A stretch of DNA of 64,000 nt. Source: Octopus vulgaris. Taxonomy: Eukaryota. Location of the stretch: assembly GCA_951406725.2 (NCBI GenBank), contig OX597816.1, positions 21,514,001 through 21,578,000 of the forward strand, written 5' to 3'. Shown in pieces: positions 41,256 to 55,676 of this stretch; the stretch's first letter is position 1; every line of letters starts with the position of its first letter. The notes below the pieces were generated by a model, which was not told the origin of the DNA, did no database searches, and saw only the letters and a program-made list of their open reading frames with translations. Both the position numbers and the translations under genes were made by a program.

Positions 41256-41836
41256 AAGTTAGTGGGAAAGAATTGTCCATACGAATTTACATTATACATA
41301 AGATTTTGGCAGGCAGCTAGCGGTCGAAAAGATGTACGGAAATGAAGAAAGTAAGAAAAGATAAAAAGGCAAAACGATAAAGAATTGACATTCCATAATG
41401 TAACATTGAACTTGAAGCATACAAAAAAAAAAAAAAAAATAATAGTATGCATCGACAGAACAAAAAAAGAAAAGAAAAATAACATAAAGTAAAACAAAAT
41501 AAATACAAGATCAAGACATTTTACTTCCCACAAATGACAAACATACTTCCTGTTTAAAATTCCTTCTCTGTTCTTCGATTCTTTGTAACTTACGCGCACT
41601 AACTTATTTTTATACTAATTTACTGACGTTTTGGCTCATTCACCACTCACTCACTCGCTCACTTATTCACTCATTCAGTCATCACTCACCCACACTGATT
41701 CACTCAATCACTCACTCATTCACTCATAACACATCTGGGACTGTTTTATTTTTTTACAGTTCATGGAAAAGCGATCACTCGAAGGTTCCGGTTCAATGTT
41801 CATTAAGAGTTGCATTTCGAAACCAGTAGGAATATA

Positions 41837-42249
41837 TATTTCTTTACTGCCCACAAGGGGCTAAACATAGAGGGAGACAAACAAGGACAGACAAAGGGAT
41901 TAAGTCGATTACATCGACCCCAGTGCGAAACTGGTACTTTATTTATCGACCCCGAAAGGATGAAAGGTAAAGTCGACCACGGCGGAATTTGAACTCAGAA
42001 CGTAACGACAGACGAAATACCTATTTCTTTATTACCCACAAGGGGCTAAACACAGAGGGGACAAACAAGGACAGACATAGGTATTAAGTCGATTACATCG
42101 ACCCCAATGCGTAACTAGTACTTAATTTATCGAGCCCGAAAGGATGAAAGGCAAAGTCGACCTCGGCGGAATTTGAACTCACAACGTAACGGCAGCCGAA
42201 ATACCGCTAAGCATTTCGCCCGACGTGCTAACGTTTCTGCCAACTCACC
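41837..42249 (-). mobile_element. SINE family B dimer
   Basis: Internal junction at 42021/42022; TSD gtaggaatata at 41826-41836 and 42250-42260. Confidence 0.92.
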
Positions 42250-42480
42250 GTAGGAATATACTAGGAGCTTTGAATAAGTACTATTCCCGGCTCCCTTAGA
42301 GTGTCAGAAACTAACGCCTTGAAAGATTTGTCCGATAGTTCTTCCTGTAAATTTTCTCCGTCTACCAGCTTGAGCCTCAACGATTTCCCACTTACTCCAA
42401 TGTATAAACACCGTAGTGTTCAATTTGTTGGTTATTTGGCAACTCTTTGAAAGTCAAGTATTTTTCACAAGGTTGATGTA

Positions 42481-43046
42481 TTGGGTTGTCCGGAAAGTTC
42501 GTGCTGATTTATAGCAGTTTACATTTTGACTTATTTTAGAACATGGTTGAGTCCATAAAATAGGATTTGACTACACCTCCATTTAATGCACAGTTTAAGC
42601 TATCTTTTCGTAGAAGAAGAGTTATATTCCTATAACCTGTGTTAATTCTGTAACCCTTTAAAATGGAAGATAAGAAAGTTCATTTTTGGCACTTGATGTT
42701 TTGGGAACCAGGCAAAACTTGCTGCAGCTCGACTGGGATGTGTTACCCCACCCTCCATATTCACCAGATATTGCTCCTTCGGATTTCCACTTATTCAGGT
42801 CTCTGCAGAATAGTCTTAATGGTAAAAATTTCAATTCCTTGGATGACGTAAAAAGATACCTCGATGAATTCTTTGCCATGAAACCACCTCTATTCTGGGA
42901 AGCGGGTTTTTTCAAGTTAAAGGAAAAATGAAGACGCATTGTGCAAGAAAATATTTTATATTTGGTTGATTAAAAATGTAATGGCAAGTATTTATTGACC
43001 TTTTTCTTTCCTTTAAAAATCGGCACGAACTTTCCGGACAACCCAA
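42481..43046 (+). mobile_element. Non-autonomous deleted mariner (same family)
   Basis: TIRs, TA duplications, HPPYSPDIAPSDFHLF. Confidence 0.95.
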
Positions 43047-44218
43047 TAGAAAATAACAAGAGTACCAACAAATACTACAACAGGCATTCTAAAATCATTT
43101 ACCCTACCTATGTGTGGTTAGCGTCGCGACATTCCGTCCATGATCAAGCGGTTCATTTTCTGTTATCAGACACAGCGTGTCTGGGGCTGTATTTTTACAA
43201 TGTATTAAACTAACTTTTACAACGGTAGGGTGTAATTTGTTTATGATTTGATTGGTAGTTTTGGAAGATACATCACTGTCGATGGAGTGAAATAGTTAGC
43301 AGAAGAAAGATCAAATACAGAAACAAACATTTTAAAGCTATTTTCTCAGCCTATTTCTGGTTAGCCCTGCGGGTTAAATGAAAATATAATCGTACACAAA
43401 CAACATGGTCGATTTTTTGAGCCAGTGATTTATGGCCAGATGCGTTTCCTGTCAACAGACCTTTTAGTGGCAGCATACGACATACGGAAATACAGTGTAG
43501 TTATTCTGAAACCAATATATATACAGTAAACAGAAAGTTTTGAAAAGACACCTGAGTAATTAATGAAAATCTATTCACGACTAAGCAGTAGGATTAATGT
43601 AGAACAGAACAGAATGCTATTTCACGACTCGGGAGGCTTCACTAGATCTGGTTAATAGTTTCTGTTGCGTAGTTGATTTAATTAGAGCTAATTGTTGTTA
43701 TACTGAAGTATAGTTTTGAGTAGGAAGTAAGAGAAAGATGTTCAAAAACCTACTACCTCTGTTGATATTTAAAAGTTGCGACAGGCCAGCTAGGCATGCT
43801 AGATATAACAGCCAAATCTCATTCAGATTATACTATAATATTTCGTTTTTGTATCTGGTTTGCAAGATTCTTGATGGGAACTCACACGCTAAAACATACG
43901 TTGTTGCATCTCGGAACGGTCATTATACCAGTTATAAACACGTGTACTGGTTCCATTTTATCACTTTATTATTTATTTGTTAATTGGTTAACTACGTAAC
44001 CAATTACATAACCGATTGTCTAGGTCTATCGAAGACATTTCGTTGCCAGTAGCGACCTCATCAATAACACACTCAGTCTAGACCTGGAGAAAGGATGGCA
44101 TTTCATTGAAGAGGTTGCAAATGGTGACGAAGGAACTTTGACAAATTAACTGAACGATTAATTGAACAATCGATAGGCTAATTGGTCAAATTTTAACTAA
44201 TTAACAAATAAATAATGA

Positions 44219-44387
44219 TAGGCTTGGCTGTGTGGTAAGAAACTTGCTTCCAAACCACACAGTTAAAGGTTCAGTCCCACTACGTGACACCTTGGGGAAA
44301 TGTCTTCTACTATAGCCTCGGGCCGACCAAAGCTTTGGGAGTGGATTTGGTAGATGGAAACTGAAAGAAGCTCGTCGTATATATATG
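44219..44387 (+). mobile_element. SINE A 5' half
   Basis: Head and CORE-like segment, ending at the internal (TA)n. Confidence 0.85.
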
Positions 44388-44697
44388 AAGGTGCATTGCC
44401 TAGTGGTTTGAACATCGGTCTTACGATCGTGAGTTTGTGAGCTCGAATCCCGGATCGGGCTGCGTGTTGTGTTCTTAAGCAAGACACTTTAGCTGTAGAA
44501 ATGAGTTGCAACGTCACAGGTGTCAAGCTGTATCGGCCTTTGCCTTTCCCTTGGATAAAACTGGTGGCGTGGAGAGGGGAGGCCGGTATGCATGGGTGAC
44601 TGCTGGTCTTCCATAAGCAACCTTTCCCGGAGTTGTGCTTGGGAGGGTAGCTTTCTAGGTGCAATCCTATGGTCAGTCATGACCGAAGGAGATCTCA
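44388..44697 (+). mobile_element. tRNA/CORE-type SINE family C inserted in the SINE A microsatellite
   Basis: tgcctagtggtt A box, gctcgaatccc B box, tgtgttcttaagcaagacacttt; tail also present at 58036-58230 (-). Confidence 0.8.
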
Positions 44698-44927
44698 TGT
44701 ATATATATATATATATGTTGGTTTTGTTTATTTTTGATATGTTTTGAATATATTTCACTGATGAACAAAAGACGTAGATAATACGTTAATTGCGAAATCA
44801 CAGGTGATCTGGAACTAAATTATGTTTTTAAATGTCTTGCTTCGAAAGCTGCATTCGGTACGATTCGTTTACTTTTGGTAGTAATGACTTTGAAAGTCCC
44901 TCCTAGCGTGTGGCATTTATGCCCTCC

Positions 44928-44993
<66 letters not shown>

Positions 44994-45779
44994 GTATATA
45001 TGTATGTATATATGTATCTATGTATGTATGCATTGTTTATAAGTCGCAAATACTAAACGGACACAGAATGTGTGTCGTTAGCCAGCTAGAAGATATGTCT
45101 TCCTGGGGGTTATAAACGCCAGTAGCACTGTCCGGTATGTATGTGTGTCTGTGCTCATCCCCCCTTTCACCGATTGGCAACCGGTGTTGATGTATTTACA
45201 TGTAACTTAGCAGTTCGGCAAAAAATATCGATTGAATATGTACCTAGCTTTAAAAAAGTACTGGGGTCGATACATTCTATAAATCGTTCAGGGTAGCACC
45301 CCAGCATAGCTGTAGTCTAACGACTGAAGCAAGTAAAGGATAGAAGATAGAAAATGAAGTGCATTAGAACCAGTGTATGTATTTTATTAGCAAACCGACA
45401 CTCCCGAATACAGCAAACTATACAATAATCATTTTTAAAAAGTGTGTCAATGTAGATAATGTAATCCTGATATACTATATCGCTGAATCTTTTTCATTTT
45501 CTTAAGTATTTACAATGGCTTCCGTTATTGGACAGTTGCCATGTTGCGGCACCGCCTCAAAGACCTCTAGTCAATAATATCGACCCTGTTACTTCGTTTA
45601 GGACTTCTTTCATCTTTGTCTTGTAAGATAACACGAAGTAGTAAGCGAGGGGAAGAGAACCCAATCGGATTTGAGTAACCACAGGGTGTTCCGGTTCAAA
45701 TGTACTGTTTGTCATCCGACGAGGATATAAATTTATGCACACCATCACACACAATCAAACACACTCACACACACACACA

Positions 45780-45850
<71 letters not shown>

Positions 45851-46380
45851 AGATAGATAGATAGATGGATATAGATATGAATATAGATATAGATATATAT
45901 GTATATGTACACATATGTATATCTATATATACACATATATATACATACATACACACATACAGTACTAGATACAGAAGTGCGTTCTGCATTTATGATTTAT
46001 TGTATTTTCGTTTGACCTTTTCGCACAGTTTGTTTTGGTATGGTAAAGTTCTTAAAGTTCTAACTTCAACCTTTCTAGTCATAGTCTCATCTTCAAAGGA
46101 AATAATGATGGCATGTGTTGCTGTCTCTGTATAGCAGACATTATTACCGGATCATTAGATATATTCGTCATCAGTGAGCTGTGTATTTTGTTTCCGACTG
46201 GTGAAAGTTGTCTCGGTATTTCTAGAAGTATTGTACAATAAGTATGGCTTCAGTTATATTCAATAGGCAATTACCTGTCGTGAGACAGGTAATGAAGATA
46301 GGGCGGCCTCAGGATTACATGAAAACTAGCTTCAGTTTTGCAGGGCAGAGAAAATTAGGACAAAGCAGAAGGTGTAAGAC

Positions 46381-46431
<51 letters not shown>

Positions 46432-46464
46432 AAGAGAGAGAGAGGGAGAGAGAGAGAAACAGAC

Positions 46465-46495
<31 letters not shown>

Positions 46496-47139
46496 GGGAG
46501 AGAAAGGGATTTTTTTAAAAACAATCCTTTCTTGTTCACAGATGAATTCTTCGAAAAACCAAAATGTGGGAAGCTGATAGTTGATATGTCATAAAGGAGG
46601 AGTGCAAGTGGACAGTAGAATAGCAGTAGTTCAAATTGATCCTAGAAGAGCGGTTGAGACGATTGACTGCAGCTGTTTGGACGCTGTCTGTTTGACACTG
46701 CTGACGGAACACTCAGCCTGTTTTGGCGTTGAATGCAATCCACGCCTTCGGTTGTAAATGATTCGGCAAAAATTCAGTGCTTCGATAAGCATTGGTTTTG
46801 ATATTGCTGCATAGACTTTAATTCCAAATTGGAAGCAATTATCCTTTTAGGAGGAACTTTTTAAAACATATGGACTCTACAGAAAAGTAGTGATCTCAGT
46901 GATCCTTCGACTGCTTATATATAATTTTATTCTTTACTTAAAACACACACGCACACATACATACGGACAAATAAACACACATACATACATACATACATAC
47001 ACACATACATACATACATACATACATACATACATACATACATACATACATACATACATACATACACACATACACACATACATACACACATACATACATAC
47101 ATACACACATACATACATGTCCGAAGTTAGTCGCCATGA

Positions 47140-47335
47140 TAGATCGTTAGCCACTACAATATTTTTTCTCTCTTTGTTTCCCTCCTTGTTTTTTTTTTCT
47201 GTTTCCCTATCTGTAGAAGAGCGTAGGCTCGAAACGTAAAATACTTTTTCTATTCCTGAGCATTATACTAATACATCTGTTTGTTTTGTACGCCACCTGT
47301 CTTCGTCTTTTGTTTTTTCGTAAACTGTCCCTATA
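47140..47335 (+). mobile_element. Hammerhead-bearing short element, family 1
   Basis: ctgtagaa-gagc-gtag-gctc-gaaacgta at 47211-47238; homologous to the 29382-29737 units; ends ccc(TA)n. Confidence 0.7.
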
Positions 47336-47537
47336 TATATATCATTATTTCTAATTCTCTCTAAAGGAGAATACGGTAGCGGTACTGGATATTAATAGTT
47401 ATCACCAAGCTAACATGGCAGTCCACAAAAATTGAACGAATGCTGCTGTTGATTAGCTCCAAGATGAAAACACAACGCGAGGTCGTGGAACAAGTATAGT
47501 GTTATTAGAAGCTCAGGAAAGGAAAGAAAGAAGGAGG

Positions 47538-47572
47538 ATTTAACGTTTCGAGCGGAGCACTTCGTCAGAAAC
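47538..47572 (-). ncRNA. Minimal hammerhead-like motif, family 2 (canonical CUGACGA core)
   Basis: GUUU-CUGACGAA-GUGC(UCC)GCUC-GAA-ACGU-U-AAAU; homolog at 57581-57615. Confidence 0.6.
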
Positions 47573-48079
47573 ATAGAGAAAGGAATGGAAGACGGAGGGA
47601 AAAAGTATATATGCCTTTCTTGCGAAAGTCTTTTTGGGGGTCGAACAGAAGACTATGAAGTTGAAAAAACCCCACATAACCCTATGTGTACATTTGTGTT
47701 CATATCTCATCTCACATAAGCTATAAACTGAATATGTTCCAACTTTATCTAACGTGCCAAATGCAGATATACGAATCTGTTCATAGAAACCAAATCGGTT
47801 ATACAAGTATAATATAAAATTAAAATACAGATTATACAGAACAATAAAATTTCTTTCAGATTTTTGGAGTCAATAACAGTTAGTAGTAAACAATTAATTC
47901 AGATACTGACCAAATAATTCGCAAACTGTTTGCTTTTGTTTTCCTTCATATTTAACAGAAAGGAATTGACGGTGCATATCGACATAAATATGCTTCCATT
48001 TTGCTTCGTTTTAAACTGTAGCCATTTACTTAAATGAATTGCTTTATCCACATTTAGGATTTATGCTAAATTTGTCCGT

Positions 48080-48081
48080 TA

Positions 48082-48148
<67 letters not shown>

Positions 48149-48269
48149 TATCATTATTATTATTATTATCATTATTATTATTATTATTATTATTATCATA
48201 ATAATAATAATTATTATTATTATTATTATTATCATAAAAATAATAATAATAATAATAATTATTATTATT

Positions 48270-48319
<50 letters not shown>

Positions 48320-48494
48320 CATTATTATTATTATTATTATCATTATTATCATTATTATTATCATTATTATCATTATTATTATTATTATTATTATTTTCAT
48401 TATTATTATTATTATTATTATTATCATAATAATAATAATTATTATTATTATTATTATCATAAAAATAATAATAATAATAATAATTATTATTATT

Positions 48495-48535
<41 letters not shown>

Positions 48536-48616
48536 CATTATTATTATTATTATTATTATCATTATTATCATTATTATTATCATTATTATCATTATTATTA
48601 TTATTATTATTATTAC
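48080..48616. repeat. (ATT/ATC)n array with a duplicated higher-order block containing inverted (AAT)n islands
   Basis: atcataataataataatt..atcataaaaataataat pattern appears twice, at ~48195 and ~48424. Confidence 0.92.
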
Positions 48617-48736
48617 TAATATATTAAATTTACTCTTCGAGCTTGTTATTATTAATATTATTTTGCTTATCTGCATATTTGCATTCGAATGGAAATTGGA
48701 AGTAAACTTAATGGTCTACAAACAAATCCGATAACG

Positions 48737-48769
<33 letters not shown>

Positions 48770-49433
48770 CTAAATGATTTGGATACAAAGTTATATTTAT
48801 TACAATAGAAATTGAAATAAATATTGGAATTAAGCTTTTGTTTACATAACACCTAAAATCGTTTCGTATATTATTCCCAGTGCTTTCAATGCTGTTCTCC
48901 AACAAACATTGATCTTAAGCATTTAATTCAATACGTTACTGCTTTAAACAGCACACACTTTTGCAACATTTAGAATTCACATTAAAGTTTTCTGTTTAAA
49001 ATAGTATTCGGGTTGAATATAGAAGGGACAAAAATAAAAATAACTGCTGCCTCTTTTATTATGTGTCTGTATAGCTTTTAATTGATGCTTTCGCAAAATG
49101 GCCGAGTTTACACAACTGACACAATAATTTCAATGGAAATTTTGCAGTCAAGCATTCAATACATTTAATCCAATTGTTCGCTGACATTTCCAAAAATTTA
49201 TACATCGTTATTTATATTCATAACTATATAAGTGTGTGTGTGCGTGCGTGTGCATGTGTGTGTGTGTGTGTGTGTGTGTGTGAGCGTGCGTATGTGTGTA
49301 TGTGCGTGTGCCTGTGGTTCTGTGTGTGTGTGACTGAAATCCAGTACGAGCATATAAGATTAATGTAATATGAATTATATAGGCCTATAAACACATTTAT
49401 ATCTATCTATCGATCAATAAATCTCTCTCTCTC

Positions 49434-50029
<596 letters not shown>

Positions 50030-50051
50030 TACATATATATATGCACACTCA

Positions 50052-50342
50052 CAGGATGCGGTGAATAAATTGTCTTGAAAATTACGCAAAAATGGAAGTA
50101 ACGCTGATATCTCATATTAACTGACGTATTTACCGAAATTATACACAAAAATATCTTGAATTACTAAAGAGTAAATTTATTCAATAAAATCGCCATTGGG
50201 TTCAACCACTGCCTCCAGACGACTTCGAAATCTTCTGCAACTTTTCTGGACGGTATCCTTGCTTAAGTTGGTGAATGCTACCGTAATACTTGCCTTCCTT
50301 TCATCTTTGGTGTTACAACATCTGATAGCCTGCTTGGTCACG
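50052..50342 (-). mobile_element. 3' relic of a Tc1/mariner-superfamily transposon
   Basis: NTKDERKASITVAFTNLSKDTVQKSCRRFRSRLEAVVEPNGDFIE*, a typical transposase C-terminus (stop at 50177). Confidence 0.75.
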
Positions 50343-50343
50343 T

Positions 50344-50417
<74 letters not shown>

Positions 50418-50444
50418 TATATATACATATATATATGGTCTTGT

Positions 50445-50692
50445 ATTCTTTTACTTGTTTCATTCATTTCACTGCGGCCATGCTGGAGTACTGCCTTTAC
50501 CCTAAGAAATCGACCTAAGGACTTGTTCTCTGTAAGCCTAGTACTTCTATCTGTCTGTTTTGCCGAATCGCTAAGTTACCATATCCACTCACAAGGCTTC
50601 TCTCGGCCCGAGGATATAGTAGAAGACACTTACCCATGCCACGCAGTGGGACTGAACCCGGAAGAATGTGGTTGGAAAGCGAGCTTCTTACA
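50445..50692 (-). mobile_element. Internally deleted SINE A
   Basis: Tail and head blocks of family A without the central microsatellite. Confidence 0.75.
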
Positions 50693-50777
50693 CATCTCTC
50701 TATTCGGCCACCTCTCTCTCTCTTTCTCTCTCTCCCCCTTTCTTTCTCACTTTCTCTCTGTGTGTGTATATATATAC

Positions 50778-50857
<80 letters not shown>

Positions 50858-51175
50858 TGTATGTATGTGCATACGCGCGTTTATGTTTATGTCTTTGCTT
50901 TTGTCCCTACCTACGTTTAGGAATTGTTTGGATTGTTTATATTCTCGTAACTTAGTGTGCTCGGAGTAATAAGAACCAACCTTAAAATCAATTACGGGCG
51001 TCGATTAGTTTGTCAAAACAACTCAAACCTGTGTTCCAGCATGGCCGCAGTCCAATCACTGAAATGAGTAAAAGATAAAAGATGTAAATTAAAGCAATAC
51101 CATGCTTTCTGTGGGAGATGATAGGTTAGGCTAAGGCTTGACTACGAACAATACTTTCTTAATATTTCCCAACAT

Positions 51176-51747
51176 TAAGCGGCGAGCTAGCTGAAAAGAT
51201 TAGCACGCTGGGCGAAATGCGTAGCCGTATTTCGTCTGCCGCTACGTTCTGATTTCAAATTCCGCCGAGGTCGACTTTGTCTTTCATCATTTCGAGATCG
51301 ATTAAATAAATACCAGTTACGCACAGGGGTCGATATAATCGACTTAATCTGTTTGTCCTCTCTGTGTTTATCTCCTTGTGGGTAGTAAAGAAATAAGTAT
51401 TTCGTCTACCACTACGTTCAGCGTTCAAATTCCGCCGTGATCGACTTTGCCTTTCATCCTTTCGGGGTCGATTACATAAGTACCAGTTACTCACTGAGAT
51501 CGATATCATCGACTTAATCCGTTTGTCTGTCCTTGTTTGTCCCCTCTATATTTAGCCACTTGTGGGTAGTAAAGAAATAGGTATTTCGTCCGTCTTTACG
51601 TTCTGAGTTCAAATTCCGCCGAGGTCGACTTTGCCTTTCATTCTTTCGGGGTCGATAAATTAAGTACCAGTTGCGTACTGGGGTCTATGTAACCGGTTAG
51701 CCCCCCCTCCTCCCAAAATTTCGGGCCTTGTGCCTAGCGTAGAAAAG
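51176..51747 (+). mobile_element. SINE family B trimer
   Basis: Junctions at 51395/6 and 51579/80; last unit has the alternative tail; single TSD aatatttcccaacat at 51161-75 and 51748-62. Confidence 0.92.
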
Positions 51748-52219
51748 AATATTTCCCAACATGTCCAAATACTATTCTTTTATTTGCTTCAGTTATTGGA
51801 GTGCGGCCATACTTGAACAACATCTCGAAGAGTTTTGTCGATTAAATAGGTCCCAGGGCCTGTTTTTAAATTATGGTACTTATTATATAAACCCCCTTTT
51901 ACTCAATCTTTAAGGTACATGATTGTAAACAAACGAACAACGGTTGGTTATTGGTGAAAGAGAGAGACAGAGATACAGATATAGAGATGCACATGTATAC
52001 ACGATGGGCTTATCCATAGTTTCTGTCTACCAAATTCACTCACAAGGCATTTGTCGACCCGGAGAAAAAATAGAAGATATTTGCCCAAGGCACCTTGCAG
52101 TTGGAGATTGAACTCAAAAATCCATGGTTGCAATGTGAGATTTCTAACCACAATTTTAATTTAAATTATAAAAGATATCGATGTACTAGATTATATTATT
52201 TATCTATGCGTACTTTTCA

Positions 52220-52497
52220 AGACTAGCCAGGCTCATGGGCCCGGTTTTCCGGATTCTATGGCATATGTGTTCCTCCCAGCTGCACGGGACGCCAGTCCAT
52301 CGCAGCGTTAATCAAGAAACAGGAAGACAGAGTGAGAGAAAGTTGGAGCGAAAGAGTACAACGAGGGTCGCCACCACAACCTGCCGGAGCCTCGTGGAGA
52401 TTTAGGTGTTTTCGCTTAAGAAACACTCACAACGCCCGGTCTGGAAATGGAAACCGCGACCAGCTGCCCTTAACGACTGAGCCATTGTACCTCCACA
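52220..52497 (-). mobile_element. tRNA-derived SINE family D
   Basis: Homologous to 58235-58527 (gccggagcctcgtggag..ttaggtgttttcgct). Confidence 0.8.
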
Positions 52498-52767
52498 CGC
52501 ATGATAATATTACTGTAGATATTATGGCATATTTTACTGACAGAACCAATAAATTATGCATACTTTAATTAATTCTCATTTGAATGGTTTTAAGTTCAGT
52601 AACCTAGACGACGAAAACATATTAGAATGTGAAGCTAATTAACTTTCATTTCATAAACTATATTCCAATGACAGGGGGAAAAAAAACATTACTGTGTATT
52701 GCCATATTGGTGGGGAAAGCATTTGACCTCATTTGCAGTATTTCAACTATAGCGAAGACCACGTTAA

Positions 52768-52988
52768 CCCTTTAGAATTTAAACTGGCCGTATCTAACTG
52801 AATTACTCTACCTGTTTTATGTTCAAATTGACCAGATTAAGGTTTGTATCACCTACTCTACAATGTCACTCTAAAAATAAGCAATCACATCATCAACATT
52901 TCTAAGATACGTGATAATGCGTGATTAATTCAAAGTAATGTGAATAGATAAGAATTAAATCTGACAGAGTAGTTGGAAAGATAAAGAG
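52768..52988. mobile_element. Possible piggyBac-type MITE, degenerate
   Basis: TTAA-CCCTTTAG left end; right end ataaagag-tcaa resembles ctaaaggg-ttaa. Confidence 0.4.
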
Positions 52989-53163
52989 TCAAAAACATAT
53001 ATTCGTTATGATTACCTCTGTCTATCTGCCTGTCTCACCTTCTATCCTCCATTCCTTTATCCTTCTTTTCCCTCTCTCATTCTCGCCCCTTTTCTCTCGA
53101 CTTTCTTTCCCCCTCTTCTTCCTTGCTCTTCTCAATTTCCATCTAAACTTGGTATCATAACTG

Positions 53164-53372
53164 AGGGCGACGAACTGGCAGAAACGTTAGCACGCCGGGT
53201 GAAGTGCTTTGCGGTATTTTGTCTGCCGTTACGTTCTGAGTTCAAATTCCGCCGAGGTCGACTTTGCCTTTCATCCTTCCGGGGTCGATAAATTAAGTAT
53301 CAGTTACGCACTGGGGTCGATGTAATCGACTTAATCTGTTTGTCTGTCCTTGTTTGTCCTCTCCGTGTTTGT
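53164..53372 (+). mobile_element. SINE family B monomer (3' clipped)
   Basis: Matches 15909-16140. Confidence 0.88.
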
Positions 53373-54279
53373 CTACCTTGAGTAACGTGAAATTAGTAAC
53401 GTGAAATTAAGGTTCGTCTACACTTATAAGCGTTGATTTTTTTTCTTGTTTCGCTGAAAACAACTTCACCCTTTCGTCAGTGAATTCTTAACAAATTTTG
53501 CAGTGTGATTCCTAAAAAATGCTTTAAGAAACTGTGGATCAGTGTGACCCGAAGGGGTAGATGGAATAGTGAGGAATCAAGCAAAGGAGATGTAGAAACA
53601 CCATAAATTGTAAAGGAAAAGTAGTTGAGCAAAAGTGTTAGTACAGAAACGTTCTTAGTTTGTCAGGTCGAATTGCTTTTCAGTCTTTCTTTAATCACCA
53701 TTTCTCATAATCACACACAATTACACATACAGACACGTTCTCATCCAACTATCGTAATATGGGTGTATACGTGTGCACGTGCGTATGTTTGTGTACACGT
53801 GTACGTGTCTGTGCGCATGAAAGTATATGCACAGACACACATATACACACACACACATACATATAAAAATATAAAAAAATAAACGGCTTAAAGGAGGAGC
53901 CTCGAAATAATTGAAACACGTGTATGTTTTCTCTTTTCACGAGAACTGGTGTAAATTTTTAACAAAGGTCGACAAAGTTTTGTGTATTTTAGTGCATCTT
54001 AAAGCTAAATCAAGGACTGGAAGTCCCCAAATTTTCAGTTGTTTCTCAAACTGTGTTTTGGCTGGATGCTGTCAGATACCAACGAGCCTCCCCTCCACTA
54101 CCGAAATAATATTAACCTTTAGTTTTTCTGTTTCTTTTTAATATGAAAGTCCCACCAAAGAAAGCGAGAAGCCACTTAGTGTAGAGGACTTTGAAGAAAG
54201 AGAAAAATTAAGACGGAAAGACTGAATTTACTTTAGACTTGAAAGAGTTCAGGTCATAAAAATGGAGTTAAACAATGAT

Positions 54280-54736
54280 AGGCGTAGGAGTAGCTGTGTG
54301 GTAAGTAGCTTGCTTACCAACCACATGGTTCCGGGTTCAGTTCCTCTGCGTGGCATCTTGGGCAAGTGTCTTCTACTATAGCCGCGGACCGACCAAAGCC
54401 TTGTGAGTGATTTGGTAGACGGAAACTGAAAGAAGCCCGTCGTATATATATATATATGTATGTATATATATATATATATGTATGTATATATATATATGTG
54501 TGTGTGTGTCTCTCTGTGTGTGTGTGTGTGTGTTTGTGAATCTGTATTTGTCCCCCCAAATCGCTTGACAACCGATGGTAGTGTGTTTATATCTCCGTAA
54601 CTTAGCGGTTCGGCAAAAGAGACCGATAAAATAAGTACTAGGCTTACAAAGAATAAGTCCTGGGGTCGATTTGCTCGACTAAAAGGTGGTGCTCCAGCAT
54701 GGCCATATTCAAATGACTGAAACAAGTAAAAGAGTA
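54280..54736 (+). mobile_element. SINE family A
   Basis: Colinear with 42-454. Confidence 0.92.
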
Positions 54737-54895
54737 ATGAGATGGAAGAGTGTTCCAAAGTTTGGCAGTTCCAGGGAAAAAGCTACGACTGTAGAAAGAA
54801 TTCCTTTTAAAGGACATGCACGTAGGTGTTACCCAAATGCACTGTAGATTTGTAAGGCAATAAACATACGAACGAAAAATCGGAACTAACACTGG
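54737..54895 (-). mobile_element. Small CR1/L2/Jockey-group LINE ORF2 C-terminal relic
   Basis: YSRSFFPGTAKLWNTLP resembles the SFFPRT..LWNxLP motif. Confidence 0.5.
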
Positions 54896-55044
54896 TGAGA
54901 CTTTATACCAGAAATATAAAAATATACAGGTACATTTATACCAACTTCTCTGAATATAAAAAGCAATAATATATATGGGTGTGTGTGTGTGTATGTCAGT
55001 GTATATGTGTATGTATGTATGTATATATATATATATGCACGCAT

Positions 55045-55219
55045 TTTTTTCTCTCCTTCTTTCTGTGTTTTTTTTCTCTCTGTGTATCTTTCTGTTGAAG
55101 AGCGTAGGCTCGAAACGTTAAAGATTTGTTTTATTTATATTTCCTGAGCGCCATACTAATACAATTGTTTGTTTGTTTCCCACCTGCATTCGTCTTTTGT
55201 CTATTTTCATAAAGCTTCC

Positions 55220-55222
<3 letters not shown>
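55045..55222 (+). mobile_element. Hammerhead-bearing short element, family 1
   Basis: Homologous to 33622-33810; 3' end cttcccga(TA)n. Confidence 0.7.
55086..55125 (+). ncRNA. Minimal type-I hammerhead ribozyme-like motif (variant core)
   Basis: AUCUUU-CUGUUGAA-GAGC(GUAG)GCUC-GAA-ACGU-U-AAAGAU, with a 6-bp stem I. Confidence 0.6.
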
Positions 55223-55286
<64 letters not shown>

Positions 55287-55380
55287 TTATTTGAGGGAAT
55301 ATTAATCCTAGCTTATAGGGAAAAATTCAATTTAGAAATACTAAATCGAATTTAACACAATATAATATGTATATATATAT

Positions 55381-55559
55381 AAATTAGAAAAAAACACCTT
55401 TCATCAATTCAAAATGAACAATTAAATTACACAGTCTAGAAAATTATATATAATATTTTATTGTTATTTTAATTTTGATATTTCTATTATATGTAATTTT
55501 CTAGATGGTGTAATTTAATTGTGCATTTTGAATTGATAAAAAGGTGTTTTTTCTAATTT
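55381..55559. mobile_element. AT-rich hairpin (MITE-like) within (TA)n
   Basis: ~75-bp near-perfect inverted arms aaattagaaaaaaacacctt..ctagaaaattatatataata with a ~30-bp loop. Confidence 0.75.
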
Positions 55560-55608
55560 ATATATATATATATACATACATATGTATATATATAAATATA
55601 TATATATA

Positions 55609-55676
<68 letters not shown>

